Both the position numbers and the translations under genes were made by a program. DNA of 64,000 nucleotides from Candidatus Sericytochromatia bacterium. Its GTDB lineage: Bacteria > Cyanobacteriota > Sericytochromatia > S15B-MN24 > JAQBPE01. The notes under the pieces were generated by a model that made no database searches, was not told the DNA's origin, and was given only the letters and a program-made list of their open reading frames with translations. The stretch is taken from the NCBI GenBank assembly GCA_040400605.1, contig JBBAPZ010000001.1:83290-147289 (forward strand). The letters run 5' to 3'. Positions 31,422 to 42,046 of the stretch are shown here, piece by piece; the first letter of the stretch is position 1, and each line of letters opens with the position of its first letter.

Positions 31422-33464
31422 TCAACGCGCACGCTCCAATTGAAACACCTGAACGCGCGAGTTACCGCGATCTGACACATACAACAGATCATCAGGCGCC
31501 CAGACGATCCCCTCTGGTCCAGCCAATTCGCCGTCTTGCTTCCCTTTGTGTGAAAAAACTGACGTGGGTTGCCCATTTGGACCCAGTACCTGAATCCGAT
31601 GGTTCAATGTATCTGCCACGTATAGCGTACCGCCCGGATCCACGCACATATCCCGAGGAACACTGAACTCACCTGCCCCACCCCCACGCCGACCATACGA
31701 GGTCTTAATTCGTCCACTTTCATCCAGCAGGTGCACCTTGCATTGCGCATAGTCGAGTACAGCCAAACCCCTATCCGGCATTAGTGCCAAGCCCGACGGT
31801 GATCCCATGCCACCATCCGCACTGAATGATCCCATGTGGGCCAGGTTTTTAGAATAAACACACACGCGGTGCGCATTCGGTTCAGAAACAAAAATCTGGC
31901 CCGCGCCATTGATAACCATTCGGCCTGCAATGACCGACGCATCCGTTGCCTTGCGCCGTCGATCCCAGATCTGCGTTTGACGACCGTCCATATCAAAAAT
32001 GAAAACCCGGTAATCAAGTTCATCGATGATAAAAATCTGATCATTACCGGGCGTGATCGCAACCGTCCGTGGAAAGCGAAAACTATCACGCCCTGATGCG
32101 GGTTTGACTTCCCGAATCAACGTCCCGTTTGGTGCAAAAACCTGCACACGACCGTTCTCTGTGTCAGCCACGTACAAATTCCGGGCGCCATCCAGGGCAA
32201 GTCCTCGTGGCTGCTGAAACGAGCCAGCCGTAAACCCGACCGTCCCGATGCATTTCAAAAATCGCGCACCCACCACGGGGCGATTTAAATAACCCGAGTC
32301 CCGTTCCCGCAGCCGACCGCTCGGAGTGGGTCGAGCAGGAGCACCGTGCCCTGTCAGGTGCCCCAACGGCCCCGAACCACTTCGCGTTTGACGCATGTCA
32401 TCTGCGACCGCCGGTCCCAATGGCCCGGTGTGCCGCGGCAAGCCGCCAGACCCGACGCCAGGCGTTCCCGGACGGGACAAAGGCCCCGTCATCCGTTGCC
32501 CGGCACCACCCTCCGTTGCCGCTTTCAACCGGCCACACTTGGGGCACGGTCCCTGTCCGCCAGGGATTCCTGCACCACATTCCCGACATGTCACAACATT
32601 AAGCTGCACATTACGAGGCGCGGTAGCCGCATCACTCCGAATCGCATTGGATAATGCCTGGCCCATTTCCGACGCGCGTGGGAAACGCTCGTCAGGATTC
32701 TTGCGCAAGGCTCGCATGATCACCGCCTCCAGTTTCGCCGGGATGGCAGGATTCATTTGACGCGGCGGCACAGGCTCCTCACCCATGATTTTCATGATGG
32801 TTGCCCCCACGCTGCCCGAATCAAAAGGGGTTCGAAGCGTCAGCATCTCGTACAGCATCGCACCCAAAGAAAACAGATCCGATCGCCCGTCCACCAACCG
32901 GGAATCACACAGCTGCTCAGGCGATATGTAGGCGATGGTACCCAACGTCGTTCCCGCCTGCGTTAACTTGGACACTTCGCCGACATGTCGTGCGACACCA
33001 AAATCCATCAACTTGATGGTGCCGTTTTCCAGCATGAATACATTGTCTGGCTTGATGTCCCGATGAACAATCTTGTGGGCATGCGCATAATCCAAAGCAG
33101 CGCACACCTGATTGCCGATATCAATGGTCTGCTCCACGCTGAAAGTCTGACGCCCATCGATGTAATGCTGTAAATTGTTGCCTTCAAGCAGTTCTAACAC
33201 CATGTAATGGCTGTTACCATGCTGGAGGTAGTCGTAAACCGCAACGATGTTCGCATGTTGCAACTTGGCCGCCGCCTGTGCTTCGCGTTTGAAACGTGCC
33301 ACGACCGTTTCTTTGTCATCATCCAGCACCTGACCCGCTATCAACAACTCTTTGACTGCTACGCGTCGATTCAGGCGGTGATCCTGAGCGAGGTAAACCA
33401 CACCCATGCCACCACGGCCGAGTTCCTTCAATAGTTCATAATCGCCAATGACCGTGTTAGCCAC
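31422..33464 (-). CDS. Hanks-type Ser/Thr kinase with zinc ribbon and C-terminal NHL beta-propeller
   Basis: GRGGMG, VAVK, HRDIKPDN, DFG and SPE; CRECG..CPKCG; NHL repeats (PRGLA..YVADT.N.RVQVF). Confidence 0.95.
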   Translation of the reverse strand: MANTVIGDYELLKELGRGGMGVVYLAQDHRLNRRVAVKELLIAGQVLDDDKETVVARFKREAQAAAKLQHANIVAVYDYLQHGNSHYMVLELLEGNNLQHYIDGRQTFSVEQTIDIGNQVCAALDYAHAHKIVHRDIKPDNVFMLENGTIKLMDFGVARHVGEVSKLTQAGTTLGTIAYISPEQLCDSRLVDGRSDLFSLGAMLYEMLTLRTPFDSGSVGATIMKIMGEEPVPPRQMNPAIPAKLEAVIMRALRKNPDERFPRASEMGQALSNAIRSDAATAPRNVQLNVVTCRECGAGIPGGQGPCPKCGRLKAATEGGAGQRMTGPLSRPGTPGVGSGGLPRHTGPLGPAVADDMRQTRSGSGPLGHLTGHGAPARPTPSGRLRERDSGYLNRPVVGARFLKCIGTVGFTAGSFQQPRGLALDGARNLYVADTENGRVQVFAPNGTLIREVKPASGRDSFRFPRTVAITPGNDQIFIIDELDYRVFIFDMDGRQTQIWDRRRKATDASVIAGRMVINGAGQIFVSEPNAHRVCVYSKNLAHMGSFSADGGMGSPSGLALMPDRGLAVLDYAQCKVHLLDESGRIKTSYGRRGGGAGEFSVPRDMCVDPGGTLYVADTLNHRIQVLGPNGQPTSVFSHKGKQDGELAGPEGIVWAPDDLLYVSDRGNSRVQVFQLERAR

Positions 33465-33798
33465 CCGTCACCCCACCCGTCACGTGCGCGCAACAAAAAT
33501 GAAGCGTTGTATTTCCAACGAGAACCTCATCGCCGTCTTGCAACCATTCACCTCGAACCAATGAGCGACAATTCAAAAAAGAACCATTTTCGCTGTTGAG
33601 ATCACGCACCTGCCACTTGTCAGCCTGCCTTGATATCACCGCGTGGCGGCGGGATACAAAGTGATCGTCAGCAATCACCAGATCGTTGCAGCCGTCTCGA
33701 CCAATCCAAAACAACGGGCGTTCGATCCAATACGTTCGCCCAAGTCTGACATCCATTAGACAAGGCGCCTTCATTTTCAGGCTATCTTCCTTCCGCAT
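33457..33798 (-). CDS. Stand-alone FHA domain protein
   Basis: IGR, VSRRHA, DLNSENGS and LQDGD. Confidence 0.92.
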   Translation of the reverse strand: MRKEDSLKMKAPCLMDVRLGRTYWIERPLFWIGRDGCNDLVIADDHFVSRRHAVISRQADKWQVRDLNSENGSFLNCRSLVRGEWLQDGDEVLVGNTTLHFCCAHVTGGVTGG

Positions 33799-33836
33799 CT
33801 CGCACGCCCAACGGTGTCAGCTACCCACTTCACCCA

Positions 33837-34604
33837 TCAGTCATTGTAAACGAGAACCACCGTGATATTGTCGGAACCCCCACGCTCCAACGCCAAATTG
33901 ACGAGCTCTTGGCAGGTTGCCTGAGGATCCGCAGAGTTGAGCAAGGCTTGAAGCATCTCGTCATCTGAAACCAGTCCCGACAAGCCGTCACTGCAAATCA
34001 GCAACCGATCTCCGCCGCGCAACTCGCGTTGCTGGGTATCCGCTTCAACATCTGCTTGCATGCCCAAACACCGTGTGATCACGTTGCGATATGGATGCCG
34101 GGCGGCCTCTTGGGGAGTGATCGCTCGCGCGCGAACCAATTGCGCAACGATCGAATGATCATCCGTAATCTGATCGATGCGGCGGTTCCGAACCAAATAG
34201 GCGCGCGAGTCTCCCACGTGTCCCACGTACAACTGATCGGACCGCGTCATCACAACGGTCGCAGTTGTACCCATGCCACGCATGGACGCGTCCTCCAACG
34301 AGGATTGAATGATTTCACGATTCGCCTCTTGAATCGAGGCTTGCAATACCCCAAGAAGCGATCCGCCGTATTCGCCATCATTGATTGAAAGCAACCGGTC
34401 ACGAATGATCTGCACCGCTGTCTGGCTGGCTTTCTCACCAGCCGCATGCCCCCCCATGCCATCAGCGACAATAAAGACACCCCGTTCCGGCACCACCGCG
34501 TAACAGTCCTGATTAATCTCGCGAACTTTTCCGATGTCCGTCAAGCTACCTACGCGCAAAGGTTGCCGCCTTTCCTGAGTCTCATGATAAAGACCTAAAA
34601 CCAT
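33837..34604 (-). CDS. PP2C (Stp1/PrpC-family) Ser/Thr phosphatase
   Basis: TDIGKVREINQD, VADGMGG, MGTT, HVGDSRAY, CSDGL and GGSDNITV. Confidence 0.96.
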   Translation of the reverse strand: MVLGLYHETQERRQPLRVGSLTDIGKVREINQDCYAVVPERGVFIVADGMGGHAAGEKASQTAVQIIRDRLLSINDGEYGGSLLGVLQASIQEANREIIQSSLEDASMRGMGTTATVVMTRSDQLYVGHVGDSRAYLVRNRRIDQITDDHSIVAQLVRARAITPQEAARHPYRNVITRCLGMQADVEADTQQRELRGGDRLLICSDGLSGLVSDDEMLQALLNSADPQATCQELVNLALERGGSDNITVVLVYND

Positions 34605-34655
34605 CTGTGTGATAACGTCAGGGCTGTTGGCATAGATACCCGCTTTCGCCCCGTT

Positions 34656-34991
34656 CTAACGATAACTCGAACGATACTGCAAAGCTGTGATCAATTGATC
34701 AGCGCCAACAATTCCCAACTCAAACATCACCGTCGCAAGCGACTCCCCCGTTTGTACCTGACGCTCTAACACTTTCGCGAGTTTGGCTTGGTCCAAAACT
34801 CCCTGCTCCAGTAAAATAGCTGCCAACAAAGGTACATGATCCGGCACCAAGGCTTGAACCTCGTCCCGATAGCTTTCAAAACCATTGGAAGGAATATCTT
34901 CATTCAGTTCCGGTTCTTGCGATACCGCATAACGCTTGCGCGATCCTCCCGCGGTATCTCTGTCACGCCCATCTCCCGTCACCTGCATCAC
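34656..34991 (-). CDS. Small protein with degenerate MshEN-like motif pair
   Basis: LLAAILLEQGVLDQAKLAKVLERQ-VQTG-ESLATVMFELGIVGADQLITALQY; starts 3 nt after the gyrA stop. Confidence 0.7.
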   Translation of the reverse strand: MMQVTGDGRDRDTAGGSRKRYAVSQEPELNEDIPSNGFESYRDEVQALVPDHVPLLAAILLEQGVLDQAKLAKVLERQVQTGESLATVMFELGIVGADQLITALQYRSSYR

Positions 34992-34994
34992 CCC

Positions 34995-37472
34995 TTAAAC
35001 CGATGCATCCACTTCGAGACACACATCATCGTCATCCGTCATAACCACCGGTGCGACACCCGCAACCCGCTCGTCTTCTCCCAGTTTCTGTAACCGCGTC
35101 CCTTGGGCGCTGCGTCCCGTCTGCCGCACATCCCGCACGCTTTGCCGTATCACCACCCCACTGGAAGTTACAATAATGACCTCATCATTTTCGTTGACCA
35201 CCAGAATCGCGGCCACCTTACCCTGTCGGTTTACGTTGAGTTTGACATTGATCAAGCCTAAACCACCACGGCTCTGTAGGCGATACTCTTCAACAGGCGT
35301 CCGCTTACCAAAACCATCCGTCGTCACAACCAAGACATCTGCTGTTGGATCACCAATATCCATGCCGATGACAATATCTTCGGTGCGCAACCCAATCGCT
35401 TTCACGCCACGCGCCGTCCGCCCCAATGGACGCAACTCCTCCTCCGGAAAGTGAATCGCCATTCCTTCGCGCGTCCCAATCAAAATGCTTTGCGAACCAT
35501 CGGTCAAACGCACCCATCCCAAGGCGTCGTCATCATCCAAAGCGACAGCAATCAACCCATTGCGTCGAATATTGCTGAACGCGGACAATTCCGTCTTTTT
35601 AATCACGCCACGACGGGTTAACATCACCAAATACTTGCCATCGTCGTATGACTGCACCGGGATGACCGTCGTGATTTTCTCCTCGCCTGATAACTGCAAC
35701 AAATTGACGATATTGCCGCCTTTGGCCTGTCGTGATGCTTCCGGCAACTCATGGACTTTCAGACGATAGACCACACCCCGATCACTGAAAAACAGGACAT
35801 CTTGATGCGTAGAACCCACGAAGAACTGACGGATAAAGTCATTCTCCCGGGTTGTCATCCCACCGATGCCGCGCCCACCGCGCCGTTGTTTGGCGAAGGT
35901 ATCCAACGACAGACGCTTGACGTACCCTTGATCCGTAATAAAAATTGCCATCGGCTCATCTGGAATCAAATCCTCCATCGACAGATCGCCCGAATCGGCT
36001 TCCACACGCGTCCGACGCTCATCCCCGTACTTGTCCCGAATTTGCGTCAACTCCTGTTTGATGACAAGAAGCAGGCGATCGCGGCTATCCAGGATCTCCC
36101 GCAAGCCCGCGATGCGCAAACGCAACTCATCCCGTTCCGTCTCAAGTTTGGCTCGTTCAAGTCCCGTCAAGCGTCGTAGTTGCATATCCAAAATGGCGTT
36201 GGCCTGCAACTCACTCAAACCAAAATGCTCAATCAGGCCGGACCGCGCCTGCTCGATATTGGCTGCCGCCCGAATCAACTTCACCACCGCATCCAGATTT
36301 TCCTGTGCGGTCAAAAGACCCATAACGATATGCTCGCGATTTTCCGCCTTGCGGAGTTCAAACCGCGTCCGACGGGTGACCACATCAACGCGGTGATCGA
36401 TATACGCCTGCAAAATATCACGCAGGTTCATCACGCGTGGGCGATTGCGATCCAACGCCAGAAAAATCATTGAAAAGTTTTGCTGCATCGGGGTCTGCTT
36501 GTACAGGTTGTTCAAAACGACCTGCGGCGACGCATCTCGCTTCAACTCAATAATGCCCCGCATCCCGTCCCGATCACTTTCGTTTCGCAGATCAGCAATA
36601 CCGTCAATCTTTTTGTCCTTCACCAAGTCCGCGATTTTTTCAAACAACGGGTCCAGACCAACCATATAGGGCAATTCCGTAATCACAATCGATTGGCGCC
36701 CATTGCGTCCGGGCTCAATGTCCGTTTGAGCCCGGACCGTCACACTCCCACGGCCACTCGCATACGCTTCAGCAAATCCTGCCTTGCCCATAATGGTTCC
36801 ACCACTGGGAAAATCCGGGCCCTTGACATACTGGAGCAAATCGGGCGACGTCAAGCTTGGGTCGTCAATCAACGCCACCGTGCCATCAATGACCTCTTTG
36901 AGGTTGTGAGGTGGAATGTTTGTTGCCATGCCAACAGCAATACCGGTCGACCCATTGACCAACAAATTCGGATAGCGCGCCGGCAAGACCGTCGGCTCCT
37001 CCGTCGTGCCATCAAAATTTGGCGAAAAATCAACCGTATCGGCATCAATGTCTGCCAGCAATTCCCCTGCCAGGCGGCTCATCCGCGCCTCGGTGTAACG
37101 ATAGGCTGCAGCCGGGTCACCATCCACCGAACCAAAGTTGCCATGGCCATCAACCAACGGGTAGCGCGAGGCAAATCCCTGTGCCAGACGCACCATCGCA
37201 TCATAAACGGAGCTATCACCGTGAGGATGGTATTTACCCAGCACATCACCGACCACGGTCGCGGACTTTCGATGCTTGCGTTCAGCCGTCAGATTGTTTT
37301 CGTGCATGGAGAACAAAATCCGCCGGTGCACGGGTTTCAATCCGTCACGGACATCCGGTAGCGCGCGACCCACAATCACGCTCATCGCATAATCAAGATA
37401 AGACTGTTTCAGCTCATCGCGAAGGTTGATCGGGTTGATCTTCTCAAAATGCAAGGGGGGCAATTGTTCCAT
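34995..37472 (-). CDS. gyrA: DNA gyrase subunit A
   Basis: [29 protein letters not shown] active site, GyrA-box QRRGGRG and C-terminal pinwheel repeats. Confidence 0.98.
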   Translation of the reverse strand: MEQLPPLHFEKINPINLRDELKQSYLDYAMSVIVGRALPDVRDGLKPVHRRILFSMHENNLTAERKHRKSATVVGDVLGKYHPHGDSSVYDAMVRLAQGFASRYPLVDGHGNFGSVDGDPAAAYRYTEARMSRLAGELLADIDADTVDFSPNFDGTTEEPTVLPARYPNLLVNGSTGIAVGMATNIPPHNLKEVIDGTVALIDDPSLTSPDLLQYVKGPDFPSGGTIMGKAGFAEAYASGRGSVTVRAQTDIEPGRNGRQSIVITELPYMVGLDPLFEKIADLVKDKKIDGIADLRNESDRDGMRGIIELKRDASPQVVLNNLYKQTPMQQNFSMIFLALDRNRPRVMNLRDILQAYIDHRVDVVTRRTRFELRKAENREHIVMGLLTAQENLDAVVKLIRAAANIEQARSGLIEHFGLSELQANAILDMQLRRLTGLERAKLETERDELRLRIAGLREILDSRDRLLLVIKQELTQIRDKYGDERRTRVEADSGDLSMEDLIPDEPMAIFITDQGYVKRLSLDTFAKQRRGGRGIGGMTTRENDFIRQFFVGSTHQDVLFFSDRGVVYRLKVHELPEASRQAKGGNIVNLLQLSGEEKITTVIPVQSYDDGKYLVMLTRRGVIKKTELSAFSNIRRNGLIAVALDDDDALGWVRLTDGSQSILIGTREGMAIHFPEEELRPLGRTARGVKAIGLRTEDIVIGMDIGDPTADVLVVTTDGFGKRTPVEEYRLQSRGGLGLINVKLNVNRQGKVAAILVVNENDEVIIVTSSGVVIRQSVRDVRQTGRSAQGTRLQKLGEDERVAGVAPVVMTDDDDVCLEVDASV

Positions 37473-37568
37473 GAAAGGCTCCAACTCCTAATCTTGCCAA
37501 AATCATAACACGGAAGGGTTTTATCAGGGCAGCCTTCTTTTATGCCGCTGCGAGGATGCCCCTGACAC

Positions 37569-39191
37569 TCACTTTTCCGCCTTGATGTATGCATCCAGAC
37601 GCTTGCGATCGATTTGACACACGGCCAAACGGCCCTGCTCACTTCGGTATACCACCTTGAGTACCTCCGGATAGCGCATGTCAAAATTACGAATCATACG
37701 CGGTGTCACATCAATACTTAAACCCGAAGTCTCAAGCGTTTGCGGAGTGCAAAAAATGTACTGCGCATTTTCAGCGTACATCAACGCGCCAAAAAGGGCC
37801 GGGTTCAAATAACGCCTCGCAGCATCATCATATTGCGTATCCAAGGGTATGTGCACCATCGGGCGGCTAGTGTAAAAAGCAAAGGCCTGACCGGACCAAC
37901 ACAAAAACCTGGCGTCTCTCGGCATTTTATCCGCTACAAAGCGGTAAGCGCTGACCCATTCAGATCTGGCCATTTCACGGGACGGGTCAACGTCGTATGC
38001 AAAATAAGGCAACGTATAAACAGCTGCCCCCAATGCACCCACAACAGCGAGCTGACGCACCGAGGCGGCCACGACGTGCCGCGCAGGCGGCAACTGGCGC
38101 CACACAATCATGGCCGCTGCATAATACATCGGCGCTGCGACGATCAAATAGCGAATATACAAGCCACCCTTGTACATCGGGTAACCGACCTCCATCATCC
38201 AGGCCAGTCCGACCACAAAAAACAGAAACAACCCTGAAACCGGAGCAAGTCGACCATCCCCGCGCAGAATCCATCGTGCGAGACCTAACAAAACCACACC
38301 CGTCACCAAGACGGCTGGTACGAACAACAAGGGGTCATCCCCCGCAAACTGACTGGGCGCGAAGAAGCGCGCAACCCCTTGTGTGAAAAGATTCGCAGTC
38401 GCCCGGGTCAAATTGAAAAAGAAACTGGCATCCCCTCTCACAAACTCCTGACCAACTTCCGCCACGTAAGTTTCACCACCGGCCAACCAGCGATAAACAA
38501 ACCAAGGCGCGGTCGTTATCACCAAGCCCAGACCAGCGAACAAAGCAGGTCGCCAGCGTTTGGTGAGTAACAAGGGCAAGAGTACGGCAAGCACCAGGCA
38601 AACCGCGTAGTAGCGCACCAAAAAAGTCAATCCAACCAGCACACCAACCCAAAGCCAGCGTTTGGTACCCTCTTTTTGCCAGATGTAATCCGCAACCATC
38701 ACCGTCGTCAAAGCCATCAGCGCAAACAACACATCCGAAACCAACAGGCTCGTGAAGTAAAGTGTCGATGGATTACAACTGATCAACGCCGTAAACAAAA
38801 AAGCCATCAACGCGGGTACCCCGGCTCGATAGCGCAAAAACACATACGAAACCAGCACAAACAAGGCTCCGATGCCAACTTGAATCCATTGCATCCGTTG
38901 CGCAATCTCAAATGGGTCCGTGATTCCTAAGGCTGCAGGAGCAAGTACCGCCGGAAAGCCAATCGGATAGCGCCGTGCAGGCACAGGCGGAATCTGGCTG
39001 GTGTCGACATAGCCCAGCCCGTGAGCCAGTGCCCGCGCAAAAGTCGCATAAGCACCATCATCGCGCAGGTCACCAATCAGCCCCGGAATGTGAAAGGCTG
39101 ACACGTTCCAAACAAACAACGCTACAAGCGCCAGCACCAAACCCCACTCAACCGCGCGGGCCATTACCAAACCAACCCGATTAAAGCCCAT
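37569..39191 (-). CDS. Polytopic GT-C-fold glycosyltransferase (ArnT/PMT-like)
   Basis: DDGAY in first loop, YPIGFP, SDVLF and RY motifs; many TM helices. Confidence 0.75.
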   Translation of the reverse strand: MGFNRVGLVMARAVEWGLVLALVALFVWNVSAFHIPGLIGDLRDDGAYATFARALAHGLGYVDTSQIPPVPARRYPIGFPAVLAPAALGITDPFEIAQRMQWIQVGIGALFVLVSYVFLRYRAGVPALMAFLFTALISCNPSTLYFTSLLVSDVLFALMALTTVMVADYIWQKEGTKRWLWVGVLVGLTFLVRYYAVCLVLAVLLPLLLTKRWRPALFAGLGLVITTAPWFVYRWLAGGETYVAEVGQEFVRGDASFFFNLTRATANLFTQGVARFFAPSQFAGDDPLLFVPAVLVTGVVLLGLARWILRGDGRLAPVSGLFLFFVVGLAWMMEVGYPMYKGGLYIRYLIVAAPMYYAAAMIVWRQLPPARHVVAASVRQLAVVGALGAAVYTLPYFAYDVDPSREMARSEWVSAYRFVADKMPRDARFLCWSGQAFAFYTSRPMVHIPLDTQYDDAARRYLNPALFGALMYAENAQYIFCTPQTLETSGLSIDVTPRMIRNFDMRYPEVLKVVYRSEQGRLAVCQIDRKRLDAYIKAEK

Positions 39192-39458
39192 TACACCTGC
39201 CTCTGACTCGACACTATCACAAATTTGTGGACCAACTCGTTCCAACACCTTGGGCACAAGCTAAACAGCAATCTCGTTTCAGATGCGGTCAAACAGCGTG
39301 CCAAGGCACTTGACCGATCCGCAACACAACCGCCTTGGTATCAAACGTACCGATTATACCCGGTTTTGATTTCGACGGCGCTTTGGTCTGAAACAACCCG
39401 CGCAATTGATCAACGAGCCCAGGCCTCGCCACCCGTCCAGATGCGCTGACAATGACCC

Positions 39459-41411
39459 TTAAGACAAATGTGACTCAATTTCAACATCTTGGTGACATGA
39501 CGCCAGACGATTAAACCAGTCCTTGACCGCTTCGATCGAATCTGCACGTCCACACGGCGGTAACGCCTTGATGATTTGCCGACCGTAACCTTTGCTCAAC
39601 AGTCGCGAATCAAGAATGGCCACGACCCCACGATCGCTCGCGGTGCGGATGAGCCGACCGAAACCCTGTTTGAGTCTCAAAATGGCTTCGGGTAAGGTAT
39701 ACTCCCTGAACCAATCGCGCCCTTGCATTTTCAGACGCTCAACAAATGCCTGGACCACCGGGTCATCCGGAACCGCAAAAGGCAGCCGATCGATGATGAC
39801 ACACGACAGTGCATCCCCCGGCACATCAACGCCTTCCCAGAATGAACTCGTTGCAAACAGCACCGAGTGCGGCGTATTCTTGAACCACTCAATTAAATGC
39901 GACCGCGACAAATCACCCTGCTGTCGACACGGATAGGGCAAATTGGGTGCGATCGCTTCATAGGCCGCGTTCATCGCCCGATAACTTGTAAACAACACAA
40001 ACGCGCGACCACCCGACGCCCCCAACAACTCAATAATCGCAGCGTGACTGCTCGCCGCGTAGCGCGAATCACTCGGCTCAGGCAAAGCCGGCACAAACAG
40101 CCGCGCCTGACGCCCATAATCAAAAGGCGAGTGCAACACCGCTTCTTTGGTTTGCAATGGCAATCCCAACTGCTTTCTGAAATACCGAAAGTCACCATCA
40201 ACGCTTAATGTCGCCGATGTCAATACAGCCGTCCGTTGACCCCATAACAGGTTCGCCAAATCATGCGCCACATCCAGTGGCGCCGAAAAAAGCTCGAAAT
40301 AACCACTGCGTGGATCCCGTTCCACCCAATTCACACGCTCCAGATGCGTCGCATCCCCACAATCCGCAAAAAATTCCCAACGCGCAATCAAATGATTCAA
40401 CTGCTGCGCCAACTTGGGCCGATGCAAAGGCGCCTTAGACCGTACCGCCTGATCCGAAAACAACAAATCATCCACACGACCATTCTCAAGCCATTCACGC
40501 AGATCCCGCAAACCCGCAAGCAAATGCTCCGTAATATCCAAAAAGTCAGAATCCGGATACAAACGAAACTGTGTTTTGTCGTGACGCCAAATCCACTCCG
40601 CCAAACGACTCTCCACACTGATCAACGCATAAGTCAACGTCTCCGGAGGACTCTGCCAACGGCGCCGAATCTTTTGCATCAACTTCGTCAAGGCATAACG
40701 ACCAATGCTGGCAGTAAACGCATCTGACGCCGCCCTCGGCAAATGATGCGCCTCATCAAAAATAACCAGATCGTGGTCGGGCAAAATGCCGCCACCCGCC
40801 GCCAAATCAACCAGATACAAGGCATGATTGGCCACGATGATATCGGCTCGACCCAATTTCACACGCGCCAGGCGAAACGGATTGTCATCAAAATATTCAC
40901 AGGAATTCCCCAAACAATCATCGCTGGTACTGGCCACTTCCTGCCAAAATCGCGCCGGCGGATGAAAATCGAGACTGGCCAAATCACCATCCCACCCGTT
41001 CGCGACACCCAACAAACGGTCGACATCTCGCCTGAGTGGATCACCTGGTGCAATTTGCCGATCCGCCTCCCATAACTTCTGCCGACACAAATAGTTGCCA
41101 CGCCCTTTTGCCAGCGCCACCGCCATCGTCGAGCCGGAGGCCTCTACCAAAAACGGCAGATCCGACCCAAGCAATTGCTCCTGCAACTGAATCGTGCCCG
41201 TCGAAATCACCACCCGTTGACCCGCGTGAATCGCAGGCAACAAATACCCGAACGACTTGCCGCTGCCAGTACCGGCTTCAATCAACAATTGCCCGCCGGC
41301 CGCTATCGTTTCCCGGACGCGCGACGCCATCTCCCGTTGCTGTGGCCGCACCTCGTACCCCGGCAACTGGGACACAACCCCATCAAAAAACGACTCAAAC
41401 GTGCCAGTCAT
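39459..41411 (-). CDS. DinG/YoaA-family SF2 helicase
   Basis: EAGTGSGKS, KGRGNYLC, DEAH, TSATL, FWEGVD and QGFGRLIR. Confidence 0.95.
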   Translation of the reverse strand: MTGTFESFFDGVVSQLPGYEVRPQQREMASRVRETIAAGGQLLIEAGTGSGKSFGYLLPAIHAGQRVVISTGTIQLQEQLLGSDLPFLVEASGSTMAVALAKGRGNYLCRQKLWEADRQIAPGDPLRRDVDRLLGVANGWDGDLASLDFHPPARFWQEVASTSDDCLGNSCEYFDDNPFRLARVKLGRADIIVANHALYLVDLAAGGGILPDHDLVIFDEAHHLPRAASDAFTASIGRYALTKLMQKIRRRWQSPPETLTYALISVESRLAEWIWRHDKTQFRLYPDSDFLDITEHLLAGLRDLREWLENGRVDDLLFSDQAVRSKAPLHRPKLAQQLNHLIARWEFFADCGDATHLERVNWVERDPRSGYFELFSAPLDVAHDLANLLWGQRTAVLTSATLSVDGDFRYFRKQLGLPLQTKEAVLHSPFDYGRQARLFVPALPEPSDSRYAASSHAAIIELLGASGGRAFVLFTSYRAMNAAYEAIAPNLPYPCRQQGDLSRSHLIEWFKNTPHSVLFATSSFWEGVDVPGDALSCVIIDRLPFAVPDDPVVQAFVERLKMQGRDWFREYTLPEAILRLKQGFGRLIRTASDRGVVAILDSRLLSKGYGRQIIKALPPCGRADSIEAVKDWFNRLASCHQDVEIESHLS

Positions 41412-42046
41412 GCCCTTAGTCTAGCACGCCAGTAAACATGGACCGACTCACACAGTGCGCGCGCGGTGAACGAGGCCGTATTCGCGTAGGGAACCCACGC
41501 CCGGTTCGAACGCAGATGATGCGTGCCATTTTTCGGCAAGTGTGACTGTCCATCGTTCGAATGCCTCTCGTGCTATCAACTGAAAGATCGGCCATTTCAA
41601 TGTCCCGGCGCCCGTTCCGTCAGTGAAAATGCGCCGAAATGGGTACGTTTACGCTGGGTATGAGATTCTTCACTGATTCAAGTAGGGGTGAGTGGTGGGT
41701 CCTTGGGTGGAGGTTTCTGTGGCTTGCGGCCGTCGTGGGGAAACAGGAACGGCTTACGCGCCCCCGACGGCGCGTTTGATCGCCCATCACACGAGCCAAT
41801 CGTTGAACTCAACCAAACGGCCATCGACGACCTTAAGGTCCGGGCGTAGCATACGACAGCACATTAAACGGTGATCAACTATTGTCAGGCATTGCCATAA
41901 GGGAAAAACGTTGACCGGTAATCAAATTCTCACTTTTGTGCCGTTACGGCAGGTGCGAGTCTGGTGTTTTTGCATTTGCCAATCAGTTTTTGACAACAAA
42001 CCGATGCGTCACTACATTGACAAAGTTTTGAACGGTTATCCGTGCG

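Noticed and set aside
20843..41411. C/A-rich plus strand here versus G/T-rich plus strand near 58.5-64 kb, suggesting a skew switch
   Set aside because: Largely tracks gene orientation; no DnaA-box cluster or dif site recognised; cannot be assessed without computation.
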